Positions 45,901 to 60,000 are shown, numbered from the stretch's first letter. The stretch: 64,000 bases of DNA from Dimorphilus gyrociliatus (GCA_904063045.1 CAJFCJ010000014.1:1485643-1549642); one strand, 5' to 3'. The notes: a model not told the origin generated them from the letters alone. A program made the numbers and translations.

Positions 45901-48900
45901 TAATCAAACTTCGAGTTAGGTAATCCGTTTGACGGCCGAGGTAATTTTCCCCTCTTCCTTTTAACAATAACTATCTCAATCTTATACGACACAATCTAGT
46001 TGTGGGTCCTCTTTTTCCATTTTTCCTTTCTCTTTCTTTCTTTCCCCCTTTTTCTCCCCTGACTCATCAGAAACTCTCTGCTTCCACTCCAAGATCTCTC
46101 ACGCGCTTTTTCTCCACCATATCTGTTTCTTTATATGGCTTCAAAGCTTTAATGGAATTACAGGGTTCACACTACGTAATACTCGTGCCAGTTAGAAATA
46201 AGGTTGACTTTATTAAAAAGAAAAGACTGAGGTAATAGTTTACTCTATTATCTTCCTCATATTGATTAGTGTAAAGTGCGCACAAGAGACGTCTTTATTC
46301 AACTCAGTCGTAAAAGAGTAAGACACAGGTGTTTAATATAGCTTATAATTATGTTTTCTACTTTACCGCTTATTTCTACCCAAGACGCTATCTGTTTATT
46401 TATCATTCTATAACGCTAGGAAAACGGATAGTGTCGTCTATTTTTCTAATTCTCTCTGTTAAGAATATTCGTTTTAACGGTTGTTGCACAATTTACTTTA
46501 ATAGCCAAGCCACAAAGAGCAGCTTAAAGACAAAAGACAATAAAGCTCATTATGATTAATCCAACAGTGCCCTGTCATTGTATAGTCAAGGCTCAAACCG
46601 CCATGTCAAGGTCAGGCCTATAGGTTTTACAATCCCTTTCTGCTTGATTACATTGTCTAAAGCAACGGGGATTTGTCATATTCCTAATGAACGCTCAACT
46701 ATATCCGGCTAAGCGTACAGATGCGTAATGGCGGAGAGGAAACTAAATAAACGCTTTTTAAATGAATCCTAATAGTTTTCTTATGCTAGTTTGGTAGCAT
46801 AACCTTTTTCTTAAACGTAATGTTGTTGTAACATTAATAATTATAATTAATTTATGTAATTTCATTCAAAAGTAGTACCTTTCTTGGGTACGTAACTTGT
46901 CTCGTTAATTACAATCGATGTAAGTCAATTACAGTACGGAAAATTGTACCGAATGACGTTTCTGTAATTGCAATACCCTCGGGAGTCGTACATTTTTGCA
47001 GCATTGAATTTCTATGATAAATCGAGCTGTATTTGCGAAGAGATGATTCCCTTTAAATACCTCAATGTCTCTGCATAATGTAATTGGCACAGCAGGTAGT
47101 AATTTCTTATGTATCCCTACGATCATTAAAATAAATTACTCTTTTTTTAATACATTGAAAGCTAATATTTAAATATAGTACTTGCTTGAGTAGTCTATGT
47201 TTGTAAAATTTTTTGGCCTATTGTTAGATCTTTCCAAACGCAAAATAAAAAAAAATTCTCTAATCGCCTCCGTAGATTAATTAATATCCGTGTTTTTTTT
47301 CTTTCCACGACCCCATGAGTACAGAAAACTAGATAAATCATTACCCATCGTCCCTTACTAACTTAAGTAAACTAGACCAGTCTACAAACGCCCTGAGAGT
47401 AAATTACTCAATTTTGACCTCAAGTAACTTGACCTGTCTAAAGTTCTGTTTCTCATTATATAATAATGTATATATATATATAAAGTTATATCATAGACTA
47501 AAACTATATACGTGCTTGCTGTAGACAAAGTTTATAGATCATCCAAATGTAAATAGGTATTAAGTTATAGAGGAAAGGATTACGGAAGACGGGGAGAGAG
47601 GGTGAAGCGAAGAAGGAATAGGAAGAGTCAGGCGTACAAGCTGGAAAGATTAGAGATAAATAAGAAAAGATTTAGAATAAGGAAGAGATAGGAAGAGGCA
47701 AAGACAGCCACAGAGAGACAGTAAGACAAGAAAAAGGAAAGAAAATATAAATATATAAATATCTACCGTCTGAAATGGGATATAAGAGAAAAAAGAAGAT
47801 ATGGAGAGAGAGTGTGTGTATGAGTGTGTGTATGTGCGAAAGAGAGAGAGAGAGGGAGAGGGAGAGAGAGAGAGAGAGAGCGAGATAGAGATTTTGGCGT
47901 GTTTAGACGAAATAAAACTTATAATAAAACAAGAAAAAAGATGAATTTATTCACAAGACGAAATGAAAAAATGCACTGAACATAATAGTTTTTTCTATCT
48001 GTATTTGCAAATGTATATAATTAATACATATTCATAATGAGTCATTGTAGTATGAATTAAAGTAAATTATTCCTTTTATTGTGTGCCATTCATAGTATAA
48101 ATTCTAAAAGAACATAAAGGTTATATGTGTAGATCGTATATATAGTATATATATATATGAATGTTTGTACTGAAGTAGATAATGTACGTGTTTACAGAAC
48201 TTTATTAACAAACAAGTGTATTAGAGGTAAAACAGTATAGTGGTACTATATATGTCATCATTTGTAAATTTATATTATTGATGGTATTATAAAATTATTT
48301 CTCACTCTTGTTTTTTTCTCTCAAGTAAAGGAAAGTGATGTTTATGTAACTTTAAAGCAGTATTAAGAAAAAAATTGCCACTCAGGAAGCGTGTCGCTCA
48401 TCGCAGTACAGACTTTATCCGCGCAACACTGCAAAACGTGCCTTCTCGTCTTATTAACAACCAGCAACTCTCCAACTCTGCCGCGGGTTTTTTTTCGACT
48501 TGTTCTTGTACTATTCGTTTGTTTTCTTCTATTATATTTCCACCACTCATTACAAGATTGGGAAAAAAAAAGGAAACGATAGGCCTAAAGTTGAGTGGCG
48601 AATACAGAAGGACAATAGAAAGTAGAGGAAGAAGAAAAGAGGAAGAGAAGAAAAAGGAGGGAAAGAATAAAGAGCTAAAGTTAGTGATAAAAGATAGAAG
48701 AAATTTATCTTTTTTGACTTTATCGCTCCTTAACGGCTCACCCGTTTTTCAGGTAGGTGATTTGTTCTGATAGAATTTTGTAAAGATTCGTAGAAAGGAA
48801 TAGATTTATCTGTTGTTTTTGTTGCTAACTAACCTCTAACTCTTCAACTGCCACTCGCTCTATAATCAGTTTTTCTAATTAATTGATAACGAGGAATGCT

Positions 48901-49707
48901 ATTGGTTGAGAGTTTATTTTACGGTGTTCTCCCCACAATTTAACCTCTGATGGGCGTAAAGAAAGAGAATAAGAAAAGGGAAATGAGGAAGAAGAATAAG
49001 AAGAAAATTCAAGAAATTAGTGATAAATCGTAATAAGGGGAAAGAAAGAAAACAAAGGAAGGAAGGATGGTATATGAATGAAAGTGCCTGAAGGTAGATG
49101 TAAATGGAGGATAATACGATGTTAAGTAAGATAAAAGGCACATAGTTCTAAGAGCTCATTCCCCTTACGTAACCTATGTAGATGTAATTTTTTCGAGTAA
49201 CCGGGGAAGCTATGGCCTCCCGCTAACTAATTCTCTGCAATTTTTCCAAGTAATTGATCCGAAAGCATTCCCTCACAAATTAACCTCCTTTTCAAAAAGA
49301 AAACATTGGATTTACGCCCTTTCCTCAGCCTTAACCCACCCCCTCCCTCCTTACAAAGCTAACTCTACCATACTTAAAAAAACCAATGGGGCGGTTTTAT
49401 ATAAATTAACTATCGGAAGAACTCTTATATGATTTATTTTTTTTTCTGCTATGCTCTTTTTTTATTAGACGCCAAGGCTGTTTTCAGGGTTTTGTGACTT
49501 ATTCAGAAACCGGAAGACAACATTGTTCCCTACTTAGCTAGAAAAAAATTATTTCATTGCGATGGCAATCTGTCGGCGATTTTCATTTTAGCGTTTTCCC
49601 TTCACCACCCCCTTTTAACCCTTTCTTTTTTTTAAATTATATGATTTGTCTCCCTCGATCGCGTGCACCGCTGTAAATAACGAAAAACGGTTTTTATTAA
49701 TAAAAAC

Positions 49708-49746
49708 CGCCATCTGCTAAACTGTATAATATACCAATAGATGGCG
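49708..49746. promoter_or_regulatory. Divergent pair of CTCF-like motifs (minus TTAGCAGATGGCG 49708-49720; plus CCAATAGATGGCG 49734-49746)
   Basis: Direct motif reading, about 410 nt upstream of the CABIT ATG. Confidence 0.5.
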
Positions 49747-50153
49747 GTGCGCAAAGAAAAGAATGAGGGCATTGAAGTCGCTTAGTAAGTCAAAGCTATA
49801 CGCCATTTAGTATTGATCAAATTTATCGCTGTGTCCTATGCCTACGTAGGCGATTCGTTCTACATATTCATTGGACTTTCTTCTTCGGTCTCGATCCGTC
49901 TAAGACTCTCGCTCTCTCCGTCTATCTGTGTAGACATATTCTCTTTACATAACCACTTTGATAATAAAAGGAAGATTTATTGGATAGAGAGCCTGGAAGA
50001 GAGAAAAAAGAGAAAAAGCTTTACTCGGATCGAAAGAGAAATAACACTACGTTTTAGTTTGGGGCAACGTTCGACTATTGTAGCATAAAAACACGCCTAC
50101 CTGAAGAATAAAAGGAAAGACATTACACTACTAGAACTTGTCTTTAGTCAATC

Positions 50154-51536
50154 ATGGCTGTCGAAATACACTTTAGATCCGATTCTACCTTATTAAGGAA
50201 TCTGCCTGCTTCACAGCTGCCATGTATAGGGAGGATAACCCGTGGTCATTATTCTCATATCGGAGCTTCGAAAAATAGCGAAAGAGATCTTTATATTTAT
50301 AATATTTACGAAGGTGATGCCATTTTGGCTGAGGTTAATCGTGATGATGTACAAATATCGATACCGAAGGCCTATCGCGGCTTTTTTGAAGTGTTAAATG
50401 CTGAAGGATTATCGACTAGCACGACTGTGGTAGGCGTACGACAATTGGCAAAAATTTTTCCAAAAACAGCTCTAGTGAGGCAGCAAGTTTGTGCTTTAGT
50501 TTATTCGATTTCCCAATCGGGTCAACTGGTCCTTAATAAGCAACGTTATCTGGCAGGGGGTGAAATAATTAAATTAATGGCCCTTCTCAAAGTCAAGGCT
50601 GGATCAACTGGAAAAAATCACGAATTAATTAAAGTTCAAACGAAAAATAAAGAGACGCTTTTTCTATCAGTTAAAGATAATAATGGTATATTTAGTCCAA
50701 TAGCTGAAAATGCCGATGAGGCGGGTGTCTATTCAATCTCATCGTTAATAGACCACTATAGATTTCCGCTAAATGTCCGACTAGTCCATGGCGTAGTACC
50801 ATCTAATTTGGAATCGTTTAATGGGACGATGACCCTTGTACGCTCCTATAAAGATGAAGAAATTATAGCTTGTGATTTCAATGGCCAAGCTCTTTCAATA
50901 CCTAAGAATGAGGCTTTGCGCCTTATATTTTCTACAAATATAGACAAACCAGATATTTTGTTTCCCGAATTGGCTAATAAGTGCAAACGCATGTTTAATT
51001 ATTTTGATAAATCAATGCATTTCCTCAGACATCCGCCGGAAGAAAAATCCTTCTATAAGGAAGCAGAATTTATAGACGATTCATTGAGTGAACACATTCT
51101 GGAGGAAATTGATGAACTCTACATGCACGTTCGAACCGGTGAACCTATAAAGAAACTTAAGAAAAGGAAACAGAACGGTCATGTAGAAAACAACGTAAAC
51201 AAAGAATTTCCTTTTGAGAGACCTGAACACGAGTATGAAACTTTACCCGATCCAGTGGTTATAAACGATCCCGAAGTAGAAAAAGTATTAGGTAGCGATT
51301 TGAAACTCTCGGAATCTGAAGAATGTCCCATTATTAATCAAGATACAGTAATAGAAGGGACGATAGAGCTACCCCGTAGACCTAGTGAAGATTATGAGTC
51401 ACGCAATCCAGTTCAAACACCTGCGCACAAAGACTTACCGGAACTTAAACAAACCGACGTTGTCAGCTTGCGCCAAGCAATAAAGAATAGAAAAACCGGA
51501 CTCTCATCCTCTCTTTTATCTAATGAGGATAATTAA
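50154..51536 (+). CDS. CABIT-domain signalling adaptor (GAREM/THEMIS/serrano family), single coding exon, 460 aa
   Basis: The N-terminal half follows the GAREM CABIT motif order: LPCIGRI..G, ISIPKAYRGFFEVL, VRQLAKIFPK, LAGGEIIKLM, GIFS, YSISSLIDHYRFPLNVRL. The C-terminal half is acidic and disordered, with Tyr motifs and LPRRPS. No SAM domain was seen. Confidence 0.75.
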   Translation: MAVEIHFRSDSTLLRNLPASQLPCIGRITRGHYSHIGASKNSERDLYIYNIYEGDAILAEVNRDDVQISIPKAYRGFFEVLNAEGLSTSTTVVGVRQLAKIFPKTALVRQQVCALVYSISQSGQLVLNKQRYLAGGEIIKLMALLKVKAGSTGKNHELIKVQTKNKETLFLSVKDNNGIFSPIAENADEAGVYSISSLIDHYRFPLNVRLVHGVVPSNLESFNGTMTLVRSYKDEEIIACDFNGQALSIPKNEALRLIFSTNIDKPDILFPELANKCKRMFNYFDKSMHFLRHPPEEKSFYKEAEFIDDSLSEHILEEIDELYMHVRTGEPIKKLKKRKQNGHVENNVNKEFPFERPEHEYETLPDPVVINDPEVEKVLGSDLKLSESEECPIINQDTVIEGTIELPRRPSEDYESRNPVQTPAHKDLPELKQTDVVSLRQAIKNRKTGLSSSLLSNEDN

Positions 51537-54079
51537 TCCGTCTCTTCATTTTTCTTTCTTAATTCTTTATCAATAGCTATAGCTTTCAAACGAAAGAAAG
51601 AGAAAAGCAAACAAACCTCAAGGCTAAATATTTACGGGTAATGAATACATCATTCGTACCTTATAAAAAAGAGACTAATTTGCATTCAACTCATGCTGAC
51701 ATCTATCGGAAAGATAATTATTTGGGCGTACTTGAACAATTGCATTATACGTTAATGTAAAGAGAGTAATAGAATCCTTGTTAACACACGTAACCCTATC
51801 CTTGAATCGGACATGCCACAGCCTCAATTAACTAACGGTAAACACGTTCTAGACGTCTCTTGTAACCTGACCTCCTAATTAGGGACGCTTACGTAATTTG
51901 CTTTCGCGTCTAAATGGGCAGATGTAGTGGACGGTGTTCGTAATTATTCTCTTTGACGAAAAACTGGCGGTGACAGGTAGTTTGTCAAATCCCTATCCCC
52001 TTTCAACTTCTTGGCCTAAGATATCCTTTTATCCGTTTAAAGGGCCTAAGATAGAGAAAATTGAAAGATCTTACGCACTCTTTAGTGCAGTTGGCAAAGT
52101 CTTTAAAGAGAGTCTAAAAAAAGAGAAAATGAGAAGAACAAGGTATTCGAAGAGATGAAGGGAAAAGTATAAGAGAGATATAGAGAATGGAAAAGAGAAA
52201 AAGTAAAGAAAATTGTAAAGAACAGATAGAAGCTAACTTTGAGCCCAGGGCAAAGAGAATATTTACGCTTGTAAAAAGTAAAAACCGTTAAGTTTTAAAC
52301 AGAAAGGGCGGTTATATAGTTTTTCGTTTGTCAGGTGGCTGAGTGGGAATTTCGATTAGGGGAGCGATAATTCGAAATCGGCACCTGCGTAAGAGCTTAC
52401 GTTCCCCGGTGCGGGGCAGGGAGGAAGTTTGTATATTTATTCCCGCTTAGATGTCGGCTGCCGGAGCGGCGGGCGAATAATTGCCCTGTTTTATAATCAG
52501 ACACGGAAGTAAACAGCTTTAACTCGTTTTGACAAACCAGTTCCCTCATCAATTCAACTTAGTGTAGACGAGGAAGGGAATGTAAAGAAAATAGAATGAA
52601 AGGGAGGAGTCAAACGTATTTCTAGTACAATTTCCATCCCCCTTCGCCTATATCTACCATCCCTATGCTGACGGGACGACGCAGCTGGCGCCATAAAACA
52701 CTCGTTAAGTGTCAGGAATAAAAACACAGATGGGTCTAATGACTGACGATGTGTTCATTAGGGATTTATACATCTACGGCTTAAGCCTATGTAGCTTACG
52801 GCTAACTCGAAGGTAGCGGCGTCTATTCTTTTGGTTTCCGTCGTCTGTGCGTAACGGGCTTCTTTAATCACCATCCTTAATCTGGGAATTATAGCGTAAA
52901 AAATGCACTGAGAGGTTGCCCGCCCTATTAAATCTTTTACTGAAATTAAGGAAAAATTTAATGTTCTCTATTCCCTTTCCACTCTTCTCACTCTTTCCCT
53001 CTTAAGTTGTGTTTAACACATCATCTACACTTGTAGAATAGGCCTATTTCTTGGGTAAGCGTGACGAAGGTTCGTTAGCAGAGGAATAGCTGATAATAGT
53101 AAGAAATTTTAAGGCGGAATTCGCGATCAATTAGGACATTCGTTAACCGTTGACTGAAAAGTCGCGTCAACGGCGTTTCCCGCTTTTCCTTTAGACGACG
53201 TGCAACAAATAGTAAAAAAGGAGAATTTGGCGTTAATTGCTCTAATATACTACCAGTTCAAAGGGTATAATAAAATCACGACAAAAGCAATAAATGCTTC
53301 AAACGCAATCGTGCAATTGTCTATATATCTAATCAATATACGAAACGAATTGCGACTACATTCGTACGGGTGTCACGTACTAGTAATTAAGCGTCGTTCG
53401 ACGTTTGTTTATTCATCTCATAGACATATGGAAAAATCGTTGATCTGAACTTTGACCCGCTTGTCGAGTTGACCGATATTAATCGGTTTTTTGTATACAT
53501 TTTCAATCAAACCGTATGTTTTTTTTTGGTCCAACGTGAATGACGTACAACTCAAAGGTGGAGAGTTACTAGGTTTTACAAATTTTACCCAGAAAAAGTT
53601 ATCTGTAAGAGAATAGAGTAATGCGTTTCCTTTTTATATTGTATGGTGGAGAGCCTCAGCCAATCCTTTTCCAGTTTAGTATATACGTTTGTTAATTATT
53701 CGCGCAGACCGCTATAAATTCCATGCTTACCACCTGCAAGCGGTCTGACGGATTTTCTGCCCGCGGTGCTATTGCAAGTTTAATGAAATGTTTGATTTCA
53801 CACTTTATCTGCACTCTTCTACGGAGAGCGGATAAATAGTATATTTCTTTTTCCGCTCCCGTCAACCAAATGATCTAACATTCAGAATCTTCTTGATCCG
53901 GCCTAATCTCATCTTTCATGTTCGTCTTAACCTAACTATCGTTTTTATCAAATGGATCATCTTTTTGGCTCCTTTTTGAAAACAGATTTTATTTTTATTT
54001 TTATAGAACTAAAGAAGAGGAAAGTTTGACGAAAGAACAATACTAAAACGAATTACTTAAGATAGCAAAGACTCAAGGA

Positions 54080-57000
54080 ATGGAGATGACAAACATAAAG
54101 TTAGGATTATGGACAGTCATCTTAACTTTCATCGCTGCTGTAAACGGTAAGTTTAGTATTAAAAAAAGCTAGTAGACGCCTCGTCTTTATTCTTTATAAA
54201 TACATACTGATCAACAATGAACGCTTATTTGCCTAAGTGATGGATGCCAGAATCGACTGCGTGGTCTTTGTAGAGTTTGTGGATATTGATGAGCGTTGAC
54301 ACAGGGTCAACCGTTCTTCGCATTTCTAGAGCGGAGATTTGTAAAATTCGCTACAAACTTTATCGTGATGAGTAATTGGGTTTGTCAAACGAATTTGGAT
54401 ATGTTTACATATTGTTATACGGAATATAGGCTACATTATGAACTGTATATAGGATTTACTCAAGCGCAAAAGCTGGCTAATCCAACATATAGTATAATCG
54501 CTATGGGATAGAGAGAAAGTAAAAAAAAGAAACAGAGTAGGGAAATGAGAGAAGAACGACTAAAAGAAATGCGGTAGATTATCTCAGTACAGTTGGCAAA
54601 TGAGTGCGAATGCGTAAAAATTCTCTTCCCGCCAAAAGAAACTTTATTTTACTTAGGGAATAGTTTTCTCCCCAGCTTGCCAAGGTTGAAGGTGGTAATG
54701 AGAGGGTAGCACTTAAACACGTAGTTGTTTTTTGTACATTGTAAGCAATATATAAGCCTAACAAATATGACTAAATATAAGTAATAACTAATGGAAAATA
54801 GAGAGGAGAATATGTTTTAAAGGGAAGGAAATTATTATAGAGAAAAATGAAGAAGGAGGTTACGGGATAAAGATAGAGAAAATTATAAGAACTCAAGTTC
54901 TGATGGGCGTCAAATTCTTGTCAGCATTCTCTTTTCCTTTCCTTATAATTTATATTACCGACGTATTTTTTTGCGTTAAGCCTCTCATATATGCTATTAT
55001 AATTATCTCATTCCAAGTTAAAATACACTACCGAAATTAAACGTCAACATTCTATTGAATAGAACCTCAGTATGTTTTTATTACAGCAAACAAAAAAAAG
55101 ACGTTTTTCTAGCTTATTAGTTTATTTATTGCCGGTCTATTGCCTACAACCCCCACTTACATTATACATGATATTTATCAAAACCTGTAATAAACACTTG
55201 ATCGCCTCTCCTCTTGTAGTTGTCAATTAAACTGAGAAAGGAAGGGGGAAGAGAAAGAGGAAAAAAGAAATCTAAAGAAGGGTAGGGTAGTAAGGGTTTA
55301 ATTTAAAAAAGAATAAAAAGGGCGTAAATAGTAGGTTTATGTGAAAACATCGTGTATCCAGTATAGATATATTTACATTTTGCAATCAATCTTAACATAT
55401 GTTTTATACTAAGGTTGCAGCTGGTAGATTTATGACTGCATGCGTTCGACATTCATTTCAAGTAAAACCAGCCCACCTTTTATCCTTGCTATATCTAATT
55501 ACGCAATAGTTATAGTAATAATTATTAATGACTGTTTGTTCTTCTTTCGATGTGGCAATACGTTATGATATTCGTAACAATAGAGAGGAAAATTAAAAAT
55601 TGATCAGGACTGATAGGTTGCTAATTGTGTCGCTCTTTTCTGCAGAAAAGAGATGCATAGGCCTAAAGGGAGGGAGAATAGTCGGCACGAAACAGTAAAG
55701 TGGAATGGGGGAAGGGAATTTATCGGTGGTTTGATAGTTTTTAAAAGAGGTTTTTTCACCCAAACCTTTTTACCGCCTCTCCGCACGACATTGTTATTAG
55801 ACGTTCTAAATTTGGGGCATTGAAAAGAGCGACGCCTCCGTCGCAGACTTTTTTCCCCCTATACTTCCTATCAGCCCGCCACTGCTATAAAAGCTTAGAA
55901 CGGGTAGCCCGGAAACCCAGGGCGTTGTTACGCCGCTGCAGGAGCAAGTGTAGAGTCGCGGCGGTCTCGTCATTACAGAATCTTCGTTCGTCATGAAAAC
56001 GACTGTTCTCTTTATTTGCTGTATTCTTTCAGCTCGATCGTCGTTACCAATCGTTCAGTCACCCGATATAGGAGAAACAGATAAAGTTGTAACTATATCT
56101 ACTATAAGGGTAAGTTATTCCTGCTTTTAATTTCCTTCTCATTTACTCATAATCATTCCCCTTCTCTCCCACTCTTTCCCGTTCGCCCTTCCTTCTTATC
56201 TCACCATCTCCATTCCTGTTTTCCCTTTATTTTATTTTTTCTTTCCAATTTCATTCTCTTATTTGCCTAAGAAATTCCTGTATACTTTCTACCTTTTTAC
56301 CAGTTTCGTCTCGTTTATTTATCTATCAGCTAACCGTAGGGATGAGAAACACGTGGAATTAGTTATTGAAAAATATGTAGGCGACGTTAAACTATTCACG
56401 GCACTTGTTTTTTCAATATCGAATTACTGGCAAACCGCTGCAAAAGTAATTTTAAAGTTTGTAGACAAAGATCAATTGCCTTTTATTAGAAACCGAGTGC
56501 GTAATCAATCACAGTTAGCGAATGGTTTTTAATTAGTAGCCGTCTCTCTGATTTCTCCCTTACTTTCTTACTTTTTAGTTTAAAGCCTATTACATTTTCA
56601 TTCAACTGTTAATAGTCATTTCGCTTCTTTGTATGTTTGTTAAGTTTGTACCATAAAAGGAATAATCCATACTATTTATATATAGCGTATACTGTATTTT
56701 GCTTTACATAAATATATATATATATATATATATATAACTGAACATTTCTCTAGGCAAGTGTTATTTTATTTAACGCGTATCTCATAACTTAAAAGAAAAT
56801 AGTTTCCCCTTCAGCTATATAAGTACTTCGCTTATAAAGGTTTCTGCAACGCGCATGATGTAGCGTTTCTTTTGTACTGCAACGTATTTCATACCTCTTC
56901 ACGAAATTTATATTATGTTTACATAGGGTTTTTTTTAATCAACCTGTTTTCCTCCCCCACAACCACATAACACTATGCATATAAGATCTCATTCTTCCCT

Positions 57001-60000
57001 TCCTCTCTTTTCTATTTCATCCTCCCGTTTCTTCTCATTTACCTCCTTCCTCTTCTCTTCTTTTCTACCCCTCTTCCCCTACAGTTTTCTCTCTTATGTT
57101 GTCAATATGAATGAAATATAATATATGAAACGATTGAGCATAAAAATTTCTCCTTATTTACTCAATCGAACAAACGAACAAAAGAGCAAACTGGAATTTT
57201 TTTATGTAGTAAAAGGAGGAAAAACTATACAAACTTTGGGGCACTTTTCACGCTCGACTGCAAAAAACTCACATCAATAGGATAGAGTTATTGTTTTTAA
57301 TTTGCCGGTCGCTTTGATGCTGCACGCTAACTGACCATTGGAATATAAATAGGCGTACTGCAGCGAAACACTGCAATTAATTTCGTCCGGCTGCCGCGAG
57401 ATAAACACGTGCAACAGGCGTTCCTGAAATCGGCTCATCATCTCTCAACCGACTCCTTTCCTTTCGTTCGATTACCCAATCGATCGTAATACTTAATGAT
57501 ATAATAGAAGAAATAGACAAAAAAATGATGGGTCAGAAAACTTGTCAAGATAAGACATCGTCACGCTAACCTGGCTAATTTCTACGTCGATTCGAATTTC
57601 GACGAATTTAATGCATTTCCCCTCATCTCAATTGATCAAAATCGTGACGCTTCAATATAATCCATCATATTACCCATCTTTTGTTCCTGTTGAACAAAAG
57701 AATTGACCTCGTTACACACTTGACTTGATGCTTCTTGGTGAGCGTTTTCTCCGAAGGCGTTTTCTGTCTATTTTTATTTAGTTGCCTCGCTTGTAATTAT
57801 CTTCGTCTGTCGTGAAAGAAGGAAAAAGTGACTACGAGGGGTAATGCATAGAAAGGCACGGATTATTAGCTGCCACTGTTTTACTCACGTTCAAGACACG
57901 CTCCCTTCAAGTGAAATCCTTTATCGTTTCCTATTTAATTGCCGGTGAAGGAAATGTTTGTAATAAAAAAATAGTTATGTCTAGTGAAAAACTCGGCAAA
58001 TAACATTTACTCCGCATCTAATTACATTCGTCTTATAAATTGGCCATCGTAGCGTACAGATAACTAATAGAATTCGCTCTTCCGCTTAGTTCGTGCGTCC
58101 TCCCCCTCTTCCTCTTCTCTTATTATCCCTAATACTGTAAATCGTTCAATTAGTAATTTAGACGCCGTATATTTACATTTATATACGCTATTGTATAATC
58201 TATAATACCGGATATATGCAGAGCGAACTTTTGTGGTTTTTTCATTACTCAGAGTGTGACATTTTGGCAGATCGTGCTAAGACCTTTTTATAATTGTTTC
58301 CTTGCCATATTGGACAAAGAAGATAAAAGGAAACATACCAGTGGGAAAATAAGTTCATAGAGTGAGACAGAAAATGAGAGAGACAGCGTAAAAGAGAAGG
58401 CGGCAGGGCGTGGTATGGGAGGGGGTAAGGGGATTGAGGTAAAGAGAATGACAGGAGGAGCGAAAAAGAAAGAAGAAAAACAAAAGAATGGTAACAGAGG
58501 AAGTCACCGTATATATCTAAATATATACTGAGTAAACAAAATGAAAGAATAAGGAAGGAAGAGGAGTAGACGTGAAAGAGCATAGAATGTCTTGTACAAG
58601 TATATTAAAAGCGGTTGGAGTTTTAAGATAGATGAATTTTGCCTTAAGTAATATACAAAGAAATCTAACAGTTGCAGTGAGACTGCAAATTAATGACTGC
58701 ACTTAGCAAACAATAAAAATACCGATATACAATCTATACAATGGTTAATATATATGGCGCCAAACTAGCGTGATGGCGAGCTTTCAATGCTCATTCAAAA
58801 TTTAAGATACCCTACCTTTTTGTTATTTATTCCATAAGTTGACCTTTATACTCCTCTCTTTTTCTAAACTTTCTCTCCCTCCTCTTTTTCTTTATATCCT
58901 TTTTATGCCCAATTTTTTGCATATTTTTCTTCCGGCAGATTGAGCCGTACGTCGTCATCCATAAGGAAATAAGGGATCACTATCGTTACGAAGGTTATAT
59001 TATTGATCTAGTTCGAGAGTTGTCTAGGGATTTGGGCTTCAAATTTAAAATATTTGAAGTAGAAGATGGTCAATTTGGCTTTCGTCATAATGGAAATTGG
59101 AATGGTATGATTGGAGAAGTTATAGGAAGAGTAAGTACTCAATCTTTCCCTCTCCCTCTTCTGTGAAAGGGCAATTTATTCTTGAACGGTTAAAACGGTT
59201 AGTTCAAAGAGTTTTGTAAGTGCTTGTTAAGAGCTCACACTAAATTAGACCCCAAATATATAATTCGATTTATGGTAATGAAATGAGGGTGGACTATTGA
59301 ATGAAGTAATAGGATACAGAAAATTGGGTAGGGGTGGTTTACATAAAATAAAGCTGCCTCAACTAACTTCCTTCCGACTAAATATACATGTTCTATTAAT
59401 GATTTAATAGAAAACTGTAGAGTTTTCATTTAGTACAAATTAAGGCGAAACTAACCGAGTTCCGCGATCCGACAATAACCTCGTTAGAAGGAAATTGCCT
59501 CCAGGTGGCGTTTATGCAAAAAAGAGGTACTCGCGATCCGCTCAGGACGTTACTTATAAGAAAAGGTGCTGCAATTCGCTGTATTAAGCGGCAGATGCGG
59601 CTGTTAATGGTTTTGGCTGTGGGCCGCATAAATTTTAAGTAAGCAGGGAAATACAAAAAGAAACCAGACCAAAAACAGCCACAAGTGGTGAATTTTAAAA
59701 AAACCGCTATCATTTGATTGGGACGGAAGCATTTCTACCCTGGAGACGCCCTCCAACTGCAATCGGCCGGTCGTGGACATGACCTTTAGCCTTGCGGCAT
59801 CAACCTTAGTCCACTATTTAGGCGTCATTCACTCACCATCTCGACCAAATGCTACCGCCCTAATTTCGTATTCTGTAGACTTCCGCTAAGATCCGAAAGG
59901 TTTAATTGAATTCGTTTTTCTCTTTTTCTCCTTTTTCTAGAGGGTCGATTTAGCGGCAGCTCCCCTCCTCATGACTAGACCTAGAATGAGAGCCATAGAC

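Noticed and set aside
50154-51536. The intronless CABIT CDS as a retrogene
   Set aside because: A plausible splice acceptor 6 nt before the ATG and an upstream donor at 48753 indicate a normal 5' intron, and no poly(A) remnant or target-site duplication was seen.
52329-52390. tRNA-like A-box start (GTCAGGTGGCTGAGTGG) and an imperfect hairpin closed by CAGGTG/CACCTG
   Set aside because: There is no B-box, cloverleaf or anticodon arm, and the hairpin arms are unbalanced for a pre-miRNA. It is more simply two E-boxes in a regulatory island.
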